Shown here: piece by piece, positions 9,212 to 17,757 of the stretch
Position numbering within the stretch: the stretch's first letter is position 1
How the letters are laid out: every line of letters begins with the position of its first letter
IMG/VR virus record: IMGVR_UViG_3300033121_001895
Span: 38,912 to 102,911 of that record
From: a virus
Lineage: Duplodnaviria; Caudoviricetes
Strand: one strand, 5' to 3'
DNA: 64,000 nucleotides
Position numbers and translations under genes: made by a program
Notes under the pieces: model-generated
Seen by the model: the letters and a program-made list of their open reading frames with translations, nothing else
What the model was told of the DNA's origin: nothing
Databases searched by the model: none

Positions 9212-10267
9212 TCAAACTGGTGTGACTCCCGTCAATTCCTTAAACAACGATACGTCGCTCATAGGCATGGTCGGGAGAACATCACGAAGTTGTTCTTCGT
9301 TGGATGGGTCAATGTCGATTCCGAAAGCTTCTTTATATCTGTCGGCCGACACCTTCTTCAAAGGCCCAATAGGATACTTCTCTCCCGCCATCTCTACTAC
9401 ATTCAAGATTTCAGCAACCTTTGTAGGAGGCAGGGTGAAGAACACATCCACTGGGTCTGGTAGTAGTTCCGCCGTCTTAGGGCGATCGTATGCCCCGTCT
9501 GCTTGCTCGACGTGATAAACAATCTGTGCGATCTTCGTCACATCTTCAATGGAGTCAAACGAGTCAAAGCCGCTGACGGCGTTTGCAAGCTCCAAGAGAC
9601 GGTCTTTGGCAATCTTTGAAGACATTTTATTGGCTCTTCGGGCCACTTCATTTGATACTGACGTAGTATGGTCCGGGAAAAATAGTCCTGCATATTTGCA
9701 GACGATGTCAGGTAGTTCATCCACACCTACTTCAGCGGCTTTGGAAAGAAACGAACGAGCAATCTGCTCGCGCCATTCAAACGGGTAGTTCCGCATATTG
9801 GTGGCGAACACCTCAGCAGACTTGGAAAATTCTTCGGCCGTTTTGAATGGAAAAAGGGGCGTATCGCCAAGCTGGTCGTCGTTGACCACGCATACATGCT
9901 GCAGCTCCAGGTCGTATGAAGCACGCTTTTCGTGGGCTTCGTTGTAAGCCTCGATCTCTCTGGAAATACTGAACAACTCAGCTGCTCCCTTGATCTGCTC
10001 TTCGACAGCGCGCATGTGCGCCGTGCCGAATCGGTTTTCGAACGCAGCCTTCTTGGACTGGAAGAACGCGTTGCTAACGTAAACACGAGCGGGAGTGTTG
10101 ATCGGATACGCGATATTGACTTGGTCGGCGTAGGCCGATTTAGCCAAGGCCGCCACCGATTCTTCATCGTCAACAGCGGCGTCTTTCACGAACTCAGGGA
10201 TGTCGATACCCTGCAGCAAGCGATACAGCTGCTGGTTTGACGAATCAGAAAGTTGGTCCAATTTCAT
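9212..10267 (-). CDS. KxA-rich protein, probably virion/head associated (start revised to MKLDQ)
   Basis: about nine KxA motifs (KSA, KAA, KRA, KIA, KTA, KVA); ATG lies 7 nt after a -10 box. Confidence 0.7.
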   Translation of the reverse strand: MKLDQLSDSSNQQLYRLLQGIDIPEFVKDAAVDDEESVAALAKSAYADQVNIAYPINTPARVYVSNAFFQSKKAAFENRFGTAHMRAVEEQIKGAAELFSISREIEAYNEAHEKRASYDLELQHVCVVNDDQLGDTPLFPFKTAEEFSKSAEVFATNMRNYPFEWREQIARSFLSKAAEVGVDELPDIVCKYAGLFFPDHTTSVSNEVARRANKMSSKIAKDRLLELANAVSGFDSFDSIEDVTKIAQIVYHVEQADGAYDRPKTAELLPDPVDVFFTLPPTKVAEILNVVEMAGEKYPIGPLKKVSADRYKEAFGIDIDPSNEEQLRDVLPTMPMSDVSLFKELTGVTPV

Positions 10268-10274
10268 ATCCATT

Positions 10275-10303
10275 ATCCTAGCACCGGATATGGTTCGACA
10301 CAA
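10275..10303 (-). promoter_or_regulatory. sigma70-like promoter, probably leaderless
   Basis: TTGTGT-N17-TAGGAT-N7-ATG. Confidence 0.6.
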
Positions 10304-10320
10304 TCCAAAAGTATGATACC

Positions 10321-11604
10321 ATGTCCCTCATGACGAGTAGTGACTTCAACAGCCGTATTAACCTACAAGCCTTTTGCGACAACAACGGTGTAAAAGACCA
10401 AACCTTCATCAAGATGCCTCGATTTGGGTGGTTCGCAGTGAGCGCGACCGATGGTCAAATACGTACCTTAATTGACTTCTTACCACTGGATGACATCGTG
10501 CCATTTTGCACTGACCTCATTCTCGAGAAGCCTCAGTACCATGAAGGGAAGATCTTTTACAATGAGATCGCAGTAGCGCGGTTGTGCAACGACATCCGTA
10601 TCCAATTGACGCTCAGGCGGATGCATCAAGATCTAATGACGGAGTTCAACGAAGGAGAAGTGCGTACAGATGGCAAGACGGGGAGCTTGGCCAAGATGTT
10701 CAAGGAAAACGGTATGGAGGCTTTTGCCGCTACCGGCGTCGGGTACATGAGCGATTCGATCTTCAATACCTACTACACTCCGCTCACGCTTCCACGGCAT
10801 GTCCGCGGGAAGCTGATTCTACCGACGTGGTGCTCGCCTTCACACTTTTGTTCACTGGAGTCTGCCAAAGTGAGTGCGCCGCTTCAACGGCACACCTTCT
10901 TCATAAACGGCGAAAAGGGCTGGTACGGAAAACCAGAGAAAATGATCTATGGTAACCTCTCCAATCTGCTTACTCATCATGGCTGTACATGGGACCGTAA
11001 GCTGGACTATTGGGTTAACAAGCCAATCGGGTTGCACGATAAACTACAGGTAAACCAATGTCTACAGATTTGGACGCAGGCCCAGAATATCCGATTCAAG
11101 CAGCATCCGCTCGACATCATCGAAGGAGCAAAGGAACAGGGTAAGCTAAAAAACAACCTGGGAGGGCTTAATTACGTCCAGCTCTCAGAGCTAGAAAAAA
11201 GGTTCGGAATGAAGCTGGAAGGCTCCTGGCAAGCCCAGAAGCAAGCTTACGTAACGATTGGCCACATAAAGTTCGTGGCCAAAGACATGCGTTACTACGT
11301 CGAAGGTCACGATGGACAGCTACAAGAGTTCACCAACTTCTCGATGGAGATCAACTGCATCAAACGAAACAAAACCAATCAGCAGTTCTACCGGACTGGG
11401 GTTATCTACCACGAAGGGAAACAGGAACCGTTTGAGCTACTTAATGAACACTTCTTGACAGTCAGCGCATTCGTCCGGGCGATCAATAACTTCTTCCTAT
11501 CCAGAGGGATCGGGATACCTATCATCTCCAGTTCTTACCGCGGGTATCTCCTAGAGGTAATCAATCGGTTGAACGCAGGGTGTATGATCGACCCGGTAGG
11601 GTAG
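10321..11604 (+). CDS. hypothetical protein, weakly primase-like
   Basis: 427-aa ORF is solid; RGKLILP recalls the DnaG N-terminal core but no intact TOPRIM acidic motif is visible, so function is uncertain. Confidence 0.55.
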   Translation: MSLMTSSDFNSRINLQAFCDNNGVKDQTFIKMPRFGWFAVSATDGQIRTLIDFLPLDDIVPFCTDLILEKPQYHEGKIFYNEIAVARLCNDIRIQLTLRRMHQDLMTEFNEGEVRTDGKTGSLAKMFKENGMEAFAATGVGYMSDSIFNTYYTPLTLPRHVRGKLILPTWCSPSHFCSLESAKVSAPLQRHTFFINGEKGWYGKPEKMIYGNLSNLLTHHGCTWDRKLDYWVNKPIGLHDKLQVNQCLQIWTQAQNIRFKQHPLDIIEGAKEQGKLKNNLGGLNYVQLSELEKRFGMKLEGSWQAQKQAYVTIGHIKFVAKDMRYYVEGHDGQLQEFTNFSMEINCIKRNKTNQQFYRTGVIYHEGKQEPFELLNEHFLTVSAFVRAINNFFLSRGIGIPIISSSYRGYLLEVINRLNAGCMIDPVG

Positions 11605-11641
11605 AAATAACCACGGCTTTCAAGTTGTTATACCACAAACC

Positions 11642-11663
11642 ACCCCCCTAATACATGGGGGGT
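11642..11663. terminator. hairpin between convergent genes
   Basis: ACCCCCC-TAATACAT-GGGGGGT; U-tract is poor. Confidence 0.45.
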
Positions 11664-11667
11664 CCGG

Positions 11668-12204
11668 TTAAAAGAGCTGTCCGATGTCGGGGGTATTGGG
11701 GCCAGTGATTTCCGCCGGGACGCGTAGCTCATCCGCAGTACCCCCCGGGCCAATAGCCGTCGGCTCACCATCCTGTATGCCGAGCTTTGGGTTTGGCGAA
11801 GCCGCAGAAAGCTCCAGGCTAAAGCATCCCCTAAACGGAGGCATGATTCGACCGGTGGTCTTATGCGCCGCTTGGACGACAAAGTAATAAACCCCTGCCG
11901 GCAACCTGCTGGATATGGTGGCAGGTATTGTGACCTCATACACCCCAGCAGGCTTATTTGCCGGGTGAGTCGTTATGTCCTGCTGAAAGATGACATTCTC
12001 GGCCATCTCCGATTTCTTGACCACAAAGGTAAGGCGATAGTCCCCCAACGTAATTGGCTCGTTGTCAGCATCAAGCAGGAACATGGGCAACACAATGTCG
12101 CTCCCCTGATAATGTGGCGTTGTAGCTGGTGGGGTGAACGACCACTCAGTCTGGGCGTAAACCGGGTCACGGACAAAAGTGAAGCTAGGAAGTCGAGTGT
12201 GCAT
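11668..12204 (-). CDS. BppU-like Ig-fold baseplate/tail accessory protein
   Basis: YQGSD..L...L.D, GVYEVTIP...S.RLPAGVYYFVVQ pattern; last gene of the tail operon. Confidence 0.55.
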   Translation of the reverse strand: MHTRLPSFTFVRDPVYAQTEWSFTPPATTPHYQGSDIVLPMFLLDADNEPITLGDYRLTFVVKKSEMAENVIFQQDITTHPANKPAGVYEVTIPATISSRLPAGVYYFVVQAAHKTTGRIMPPFRGCFSLELSAASPNPKLGIQDGEPTAIGPGGTADELRVPAEITGPNTPDIGQLF

Positions 12205-12205
12205 G

Positions 12206-12499
12206 TTAAAATGTCTGTTGCGCTATCTGGGTGCCGGTCCTGACAAAGAACGCCACCTCATCTACTCCAAGGATACGTTTCATGTCTTGGCGTTGTCCAG
12301 CTGTCATATTGCGAAATGCTCCTTCAAAGGCCGTGCGATAAGTCGACAAATCAGGCTTCGCACCACAACACCCTTCTGAGTGCAAGTTGCGTTGCAGTAA
12401 CGGACGAAGAGACTGCAGTGCCGGAAGCGTCTGCAGCTGTGGGTTTGCCTGCATCAGTGCCACAGCCGACTCAAGTGATGAGATAACAACGCGGTTCAT
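12206..12499 (-). CDS. hypothetical protein with GCCG motif (start revised to MNRVVIS)
   Basis: ATGA overlap with the upstream stop at 12496-12499. Confidence 0.6.
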   Translation of the reverse strand: MNRVVISSLESAVALMQANPQLQTLPALQSLRPLLQRNLHSEGCCGAKPDLSTYRTAFEGAFRNMTAGQRQDMKRILGVDEVAFFVRTGTQIAQQTF

Positions 12500-13554
12500 A
12501 TTTGTGTTACAGGTCTTGCCGGGAGTGTCTTGCAAATGTCTTCCGTACCGAAGGTCAGTCCTACGTAAATACGGTGACGATCTGGGTCCGGATAGACAGC
12601 AATACGATTCCCGGGCAGTAAGTTGACAGCACCGAAGTCTGTACGCGCAAACGCACTGTTAATGAAAGAGAGGATAGCCCCGCAGTCGGCAGGAGCATCT
12701 TCCCCGAAGATACGGTCACAACCTATAGGCTTACCCTGCCCGCGACCGGCAGTAATCTTCAGTGCGTTCGTAGCTTCGTTCACCGCCAGCGACAACTGGT
12801 ACCCATCCAAGCAGTCAATGACTCCAGTAAGTGGAGTGTCACTGTTGAAGGACAAAGAAGTAACGCCGTGCCAGGCGCCATCCAATTGGGTAACCGTCGA
12901 GGGCTCAAAATACTGCTCCACAAAGTCCCATCTCGATTTTACCCATTTGGCTGAGTTCCCCAACACCAACAAGCTGCCATCAGCGTTCCTCACATAGTAA
13001 GGGTATGTCGCAGTTGTATAGTCGGGGATCGTGAATAACGCCTGTCCTCCAACTGAGACACGTAAAGAGCTACCTTCGGGATAAATAGCTAAAAGCTTGC
13101 CCACCAGCTGAGGTTCTTCTGGCAATGTGTGATACACCAAATTGGCGTCCAGCAACACGCCTTCGAAATTGAAATTTGCTTCAGCCAAGGCATCTCCCGA
13201 GAAATTACGTTTTGTAATTGAGTACGAGTAACTGGACGAGGAAAAAGGAAAAGCCTGTTTTACGTACAGAGTTGAATCCGTCATATCAGACGGACGAGGA
13301 GGGAGAATTACTTCGCTGTAACTTCCTTGGATACCGATGAGATCACCGACGCCCACTTGGGTTAAGAACTGGGTTGAAACACCTTGGGCATCTTTACCTC
13401 CATTCAGTAAATAACCTCCAACCGACGCATTGAATCCGCCCAAAGACACAGTACCAAGGCCTGCTACCTTGACCTCACGGCTCCTGGCAAAGCGAAGCGG
13501 ATACGAACGAAATTCGTTTTCATTAAGCCATTCAACAATGAGGGATTGAGCCAT
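12496..13554 (-). CDS. tail/baseplate paralogue 5
   Basis: N-terminal EWLNENEFRSYPL; C-terminal G.G...C...C...SFIN motif. Confidence 0.7.
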   Translation of the reverse strand: MAQSLIVEWLNENEFRSYPLRFARSREVKVAGLGTVSLGGFNASVGGYLLNGGKDAQGVSTQFLTQVGVGDLIGIQGSYSEVILPPRPSDMTDSTLYVKQAFPFSSSSYSYSITKRNFSGDALAEANFNFEGVLLDANLVYHTLPEEPQLVGKLLAIYPEGSSLRVSVGGQALFTIPDYTTATYPYYVRNADGSLLVLGNSAKWVKSRWDFVEQYFEPSTVTQLDGAWHGVTSLSFNSDTPLTGVIDCLDGYQLSLAVNEATNALKITAGRGQGKPIGCDRIFGEDAPADCGAILSFINSAFARTDFGAVNLLPGNRIAVYPDPDRHRIYVGLTFGTEDICKTLPARPVTQI

Positions 13555-13556
13555 GG

Positions 13557-14255
13557 TTATTCGTACTTTGTTACCGGTGAGATTACCTCATCAGACAATG
13601 GTACCACCACCGATAGTAAAACGCCATCCCCTTGAGGTGTCACCTTTACCAAGTCAGAATCTTCAATAAATAATGCGTTACCAATTGGAGTTACTCCATT
13701 GAGCGTCTTTAAGGGTGGCTGTTCCACTTGGTTCCCCAACCAGCCAGCATTCCAAGTTACCTGATTTCCAAGCTGATCGAAGAATATGGTTCGCAGTTGG
13801 GGTGTGGCTCCCGTAAAGACATTGACATCGCCTGAGTAACCCGCCAGGGAATAAAGCCCTCCGCGGCTACTTATTCCACGTACCACCGAAGGTAAGAACG
13901 CAATGTTTGGCTTTAAGGCTGCATCAAGGTGGGTTGAAAATAACGTCACGAGCCCTTGGCCAAAGACTAGCTGTCCCAGGTACCGTCCGCCAGCACGAAG
14001 CTCCACACTATAGCCAGGGAAATAATAGGACGACGGGCGGGACACAACCACCGACACATCTCCAGCGTCAGTGGTAATTACGAGGGTTGCCTTTCCCTGC
14101 TTGATTGTAATCGACTTCAACACCGGCACGAAGCCATCAAACTGCACGAACGATGCATCCACAATGAAGTCTTGTGGTGTAAAGGCCTTAGCGAGCGGGT
14201 AGCTGCTGACGCTATGCTCGTTAGTCCATTCCAGGATTCCGATGGTGTTGTTCAT
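13557..14255 (-). CDS. tail/baseplate paralogue 4
   Basis: EWTNEHSVSSYPL, FIVDASF, LKTLNGVTP. Confidence 0.7.
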   Translation of the reverse strand: MNNTIGILEWTNEHSVSSYPLAKAFTPQDFIVDASFVQFDGFVPVLKSITIKQGKATLVITTDAGDVSVVVSRPSSYYFPGYSVELRAGGRYLGQLVFGQGLVTLFSTHLDAALKPNIAFLPSVVRGISSRGGLYSLAGYSGDVNVFTGATPQLRTIFFDQLGNQVTWNAGWLGNQVEQPPLKTLNGVTPIGNALFIEDSDLVKVTPQGDGVLLSVVVPLSDEVISPVTKYE

Positions 14256-14258
14256 ACT

Positions 14259-15098
14259 TCAAGGTCTGGTGTATTGAGGCCACGTCTTCCATTCGGGCAC
14301 GACTGCCCTGGTTACGTCTTTCAGGTAAGTCGATATGGCAACCAATGGAGGGATACGCTTATCTTCAGCGCACAGCTCCTGACGGCTGACGTCCTGTACG
14401 TCGAGCGTTAGACCGATGGGCGTGACCCGCACCTTAACAGGCGCGATGCCATAGATATCAATATTGCCGTGCTCGTCCGGCAACACACCGTTCATCGAAC
14501 CGATCGGGTTGGTTGGACAATTGCCAAACTGTGCGCTTAGGTCGCCAGTCGCCCTTACAGAATCCTTGGAAACAACGTCCAATTGTAAGTCGGTTGGATT
14601 TACGATCCTTTGAACGTTTGATAGTTCAAGCCCAACGCGTCCGGTCAACGTCTTGCTACCTACGAGTAAAGAAGTCACCGCTGGTGGCACCACATAGGTA
14701 ACCAGGCTATCTTCGAACATCATGTCATCAACCCCAAATGTGTGTACTCCCTGAAAAGCGTCTAACGCCTCCAGGCGGCCGATGATCAACTGCCCATACA
14801 CCCCAGGGTCGATTGGCAAGAAAGGCAGCGGTTGATAATCCGTTTTGATAAGCCCGTTGAAATACCCCAGATAGACTCTCTGGTTGTCCTTCGTTGCTGA
14901 CACTAAGATGTTGATGTACTTACCATTAACAGCAATACGGTTCATGGCCAGCTTTGAATATACGCTAGCCACGGAAAACTGCGCCGCACAGAACAAAGAA
15001 GAAGGGACAGGCGTACCTGCCTGTGACACAGACGAGGTATCCGCTCTTAGCGGGTAGCTACGCATTGTGTTTTTGTTAAGGAAATCAACGTGCAGCAT
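14259..15098 (-). CDS. tail/baseplate paralogue 3
   Basis: DFLNKNTMRSYPL, IGSMNGVLPDEHGN. Confidence 0.7.
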   Translation of the reverse strand: MLHVDFLNKNTMRSYPLRADTSSVSQAGTPVPSSLFCAAQFSVASVYSKLAMNRIAVNGKYINILVSATKDNQRVYLGYFNGLIKTDYQPLPFLPIDPGVYGQLIIGRLEALDAFQGVHTFGVDDMMFEDSLVTYVVPPAVTSLLVGSKTLTGRVGLELSNVQRIVNPTDLQLDVVSKDSVRATGDLSAQFGNCPTNPIGSMNGVLPDEHGNIDIYGIAPVKVRVTPIGLTLDVQDVSRQELCAEDKRIPPLVAISTYLKDVTRAVVPEWKTWPQYTRP

Positions 15099-15099
15099 A

Positions 15100-16848
15100 T
15101 CAAGAGAAAGTAAGATTGTTCAACACCGTCTGCTGCCCACCAACCGTAAACGTTAACGAAAGGTTCACAGTTGCTGCTGTGGTTGCCTCCAGTTGGAAAG
15201 TCAAAACCGCTCGATCCGGATAGTTAATGGTACGGTTCGTGAATGCAACGGTTTTTCCAGCTGTCGTCAACACGGAGGCAGCCCCATTGTTGATCCGTAA
15301 CTGCGGAGTCTTTGCGATGTGAACGCTGTTCACCACTGCCGAAAAGGAGGTTAGGCCAGACCAGCTTGGGTTGGAGTCAAACAGCTCAATCGAAATGGTG
15401 TGTACGTAGGTATTTGTGGTGCCGTACCGGATGCCTCGCCGTGCACGAAGGTTGAAATAAGGACGAGGTGTAGGCATCAAGGTCTGGTACTTGAACGCAG
15501 TACCAACCAGGGCTGCCCCGTCGTAAGCCGACAGTACCAACTTAACCCACTGGTCACTAGCAGTTGAAGGGATACTGGCAATGAAGTTCACCAGTGCGCT
15601 GCCTCGACAATCCACGCCCCTGGAGATTAACAACGGTATCTTGTCATTCGTATTTGGGATAACCGGAGTCAGAGGATAAGCGTTGTTATCTTCATGCAAC
15701 ACCGGTGAGCCAGGGTACAACACCCAATTGGTCCAGGCAGGGTGGGAATCAAAGTAGCTGGAATCGACGATGCCGTTCGAAAATACAGCATCCAGGTTCA
15801 TCGACAGTTTCTTTTTGTTTGGATCGTAAATGCCTATTCCGATGGACTCGTATGCGCGGTTATTGAAGAGTGTCTTGGCTGTCTGACAATCGATATAAGG
15901 CGAAATCACCTGAGAGGTCTTGAGTGCCTCGTTAGCGGCTACCTGCAGTTTAAGCTCGTCTACTATGGTCTTTACATAGTCTCCCATGCGGTTGAGCCCG
16001 TCTTGCACTCGGTTGGCGTAATAGGCAAACGCATTGACTTCTGTATTTGTACACTTTGGACGGCAGGTATGCTCGAACTTGAGCATATGGGCGGAGGGGA
16101 ACGGAAGTGTCCGGTAGCAGTCCCCAGATACAAAAACAAAGTCCTCGCCACCGATCCCGTTAATGCTCCTGATCACGTCTGTCGGCAAATCAGCACACGG
16201 GTCATAGAGCCCGGTACCTATTCCTTTTCTGACAATCATCCCAACATCGGAAACATGTGGCTCAAACCCGACGTTAGCCCCAGCCTGCAACGTGATGGCT
16301 CCGGAGGCAACTGGCGATATTATCGCTGAAGACTCTTTGACGTTCTTGAAAGCCACCTGAGATACATGAGGCTGCATCGGTACGATTGTACCGGGGTTCA
16401 GTTCAGCTGCAAAAACGCCTGTGGTAGGATCTGCCTGGAAGTTCAACACCACACCGTAAGGGCTGCTGAAGAGTTGGGTCATTCCAGCGCCGGGTACAAA
16501 CTTGATACGGTACTCTCCCACTGTCTCAAAGACCAGGCTGTAGGGCAGCAGTTGACTGTGATTTTTTGCAAACGTAACTACAGCGGTTGACCAGCTTGAA
16601 GTCGCCGGGTCAAAGCGAAACACGGAAAACGTGAAACGCAAATTGCTGCCGTAGCCGTCTACGTATGTTTGTAGCCTGGTGAGCGCTACTCGGGATACCA
16701 GCTTATCAGTAGTAGTAAACTGAAAGTCAAGAAATACGTCGTTCGCCAAAGGCAACACCCCACTACCGTTTGGGCGCAACGAGGAGCCGTCCTTGAACGG
16801 ATACGTTGTAAGAGAATTCTCTGTCAGATATCCAAGTGGCGTAGGCAT
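15100..16848 (-). CDS. tail/baseplate paralogue 2 with long beta-rich C-terminus (candidate receptor-binding protein)
   Basis: YLTENSLTTYPF, IRSINGI, CRPKC, then a coiled coil and beta-sandwich-like sequence. Confidence 0.7.
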   Translation of the reverse strand: MPTPLGYLTENSLTTYPFKDGSSLRPNGSGVLPLANDVFLDFQFTTTDKLVSRVALTRLQTYVDGYGSNLRFTFSVFRFDPATSSWSTAVVTFAKNHSQLLPYSLVFETVGEYRIKFVPGAGMTQLFSSPYGVVLNFQADPTTGVFAAELNPGTIVPMQPHVSQVAFKNVKESSAIISPVASGAITLQAGANVGFEPHVSDVGMIVRKGIGTGLYDPCADLPTDVIRSINGIGGEDFVFVSGDCYRTLPFPSAHMLKFEHTCRPKCTNTEVNAFAYYANRVQDGLNRMGDYVKTIVDELKLQVAANEALKTSQVISPYIDCQTAKTLFNNRAYESIGIGIYDPNKKKLSMNLDAVFSNGIVDSSYFDSHPAWTNWVLYPGSPVLHEDNNAYPLTPVIPNTNDKIPLLISRGVDCRGSALVNFIASIPSTASDQWVKLVLSAYDGAALVGTAFKYQTLMPTPRPYFNLRARRGIRYGTTNTYVHTISIELFDSNPSWSGLTSFSAVVNSVHIAKTPQLRINNGAASVLTTAGKTVAFTNRTINYPDRAVLTFQLEATTAATVNLSLTFTVGGQQTVLNNLTFS

Positions 16849-16854
16849 ACATGG

Positions 16855-17754
16855 TTATGTGCATTCGCAGCTGGCGCTGGACAACTGACCGAATTGTTTG
16901 GCCAACAAAGACACTTCATTATAATGCTCACGCAGGGCCAACAAATCAGATTCCAATTGCATAAGCCGCTGAGTCAAGTCACCAATCTCGTTACAGCTTA
17001 AGCAAGGTTTGCAGCACGAGTCGGCTAAGTTCAGCCCTTTGAGGGTGCCGGCGGTAAGAGCCGAGAACCTTGCGCAGTCTGAAGCTGTTAGTTGGAAATT
17101 GCCATTTGCGTCTGGTGCAATACTATTGATCGTCTTCAAACAAGGGCGGTCATCGGCGCAAGCTGCATTCAACCCCAAGCCATCCCCAGCGTCGATCGCG
17201 ACTGTGGTACTGTTAATCTGACGAAACTTCGTATTTGTCTGTGCTAGGATTGTGACGTCTCCAGTTACTGACACCGAGGTACCATCGGCGTTCTTGAACA
17301 CGAACCGGGAAATCGTGGCGAGACCTGGTACGATCGTGCGCATCTCCAGCTCGGTGCTATCCTGGTCGAACACAAAAGTACCATACGGAAGCGAAAGCAT
17401 GCTTGATACTTCCGCCACCGTTAATTTGCCTGTCGCTGCCGTGTAACTGGCAGAAGGTACCATGACATAGGTGTTATACCGCGTATGTGCTTGCGCGGCC
17501 ACGCTAAACACACCAATGACCGTGCTTGTGCCATAGGCGGACAACTCGAGTTCGATCTCGTCTGGAGTGTTGATTACCTTCGAGATATAAACGCGCAAAG
17601 ACGGGTCGGATGTGGCCGACACCAGCAAGTCAACCAGGAAGTCATCAGGCAGAGTGAACGCGCCTGACTGGTCCTGTCGCGAAGCTCCTTCCTTTATAGG
17701 GAAGTTTCTTAACGTGTTGGCGTTAAGAAAGTCGAAGTTTTCAACAATAGGCAT
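16855..17754 (-). CDS. tail/baseplate paralogue 1
   Basis: DFLNANTLRNFPI, LKTINSIAPDANGN, CCKPCLSC plus coiled coil. Confidence 0.7.
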   Translation of the reverse strand: MPIVENFDFLNANTLRNFPIKEGASRQDQSGAFTLPDDFLVDLLVSATSDPSLRVYISKVINTPDEIELELSAYGTSTVIGVFSVAAQAHTRYNTYVMVPSASYTAATGKLTVAEVSSMLSLPYGTFVFDQDSTELEMRTIVPGLATISRFVFKNADGTSVSVTGDVTILAQTNTKFRQINSTTVAIDAGDGLGLNAACADDRPCLKTINSIAPDANGNFQLTASDCARFSALTAGTLKGLNLADSCCKPCLSCNEIGDLTQRLMQLESDLLALREHYNEVSLLAKQFGQLSSASCECT

Positions 17755-17757
17755 AAA

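Noticed and set aside
11622-11640. TGTGGTATAAC as a minus-strand promoter
   Set aside because: It would point antisense into the 3' end of the plus-strand gene, with no matching -35 and no ORF to serve
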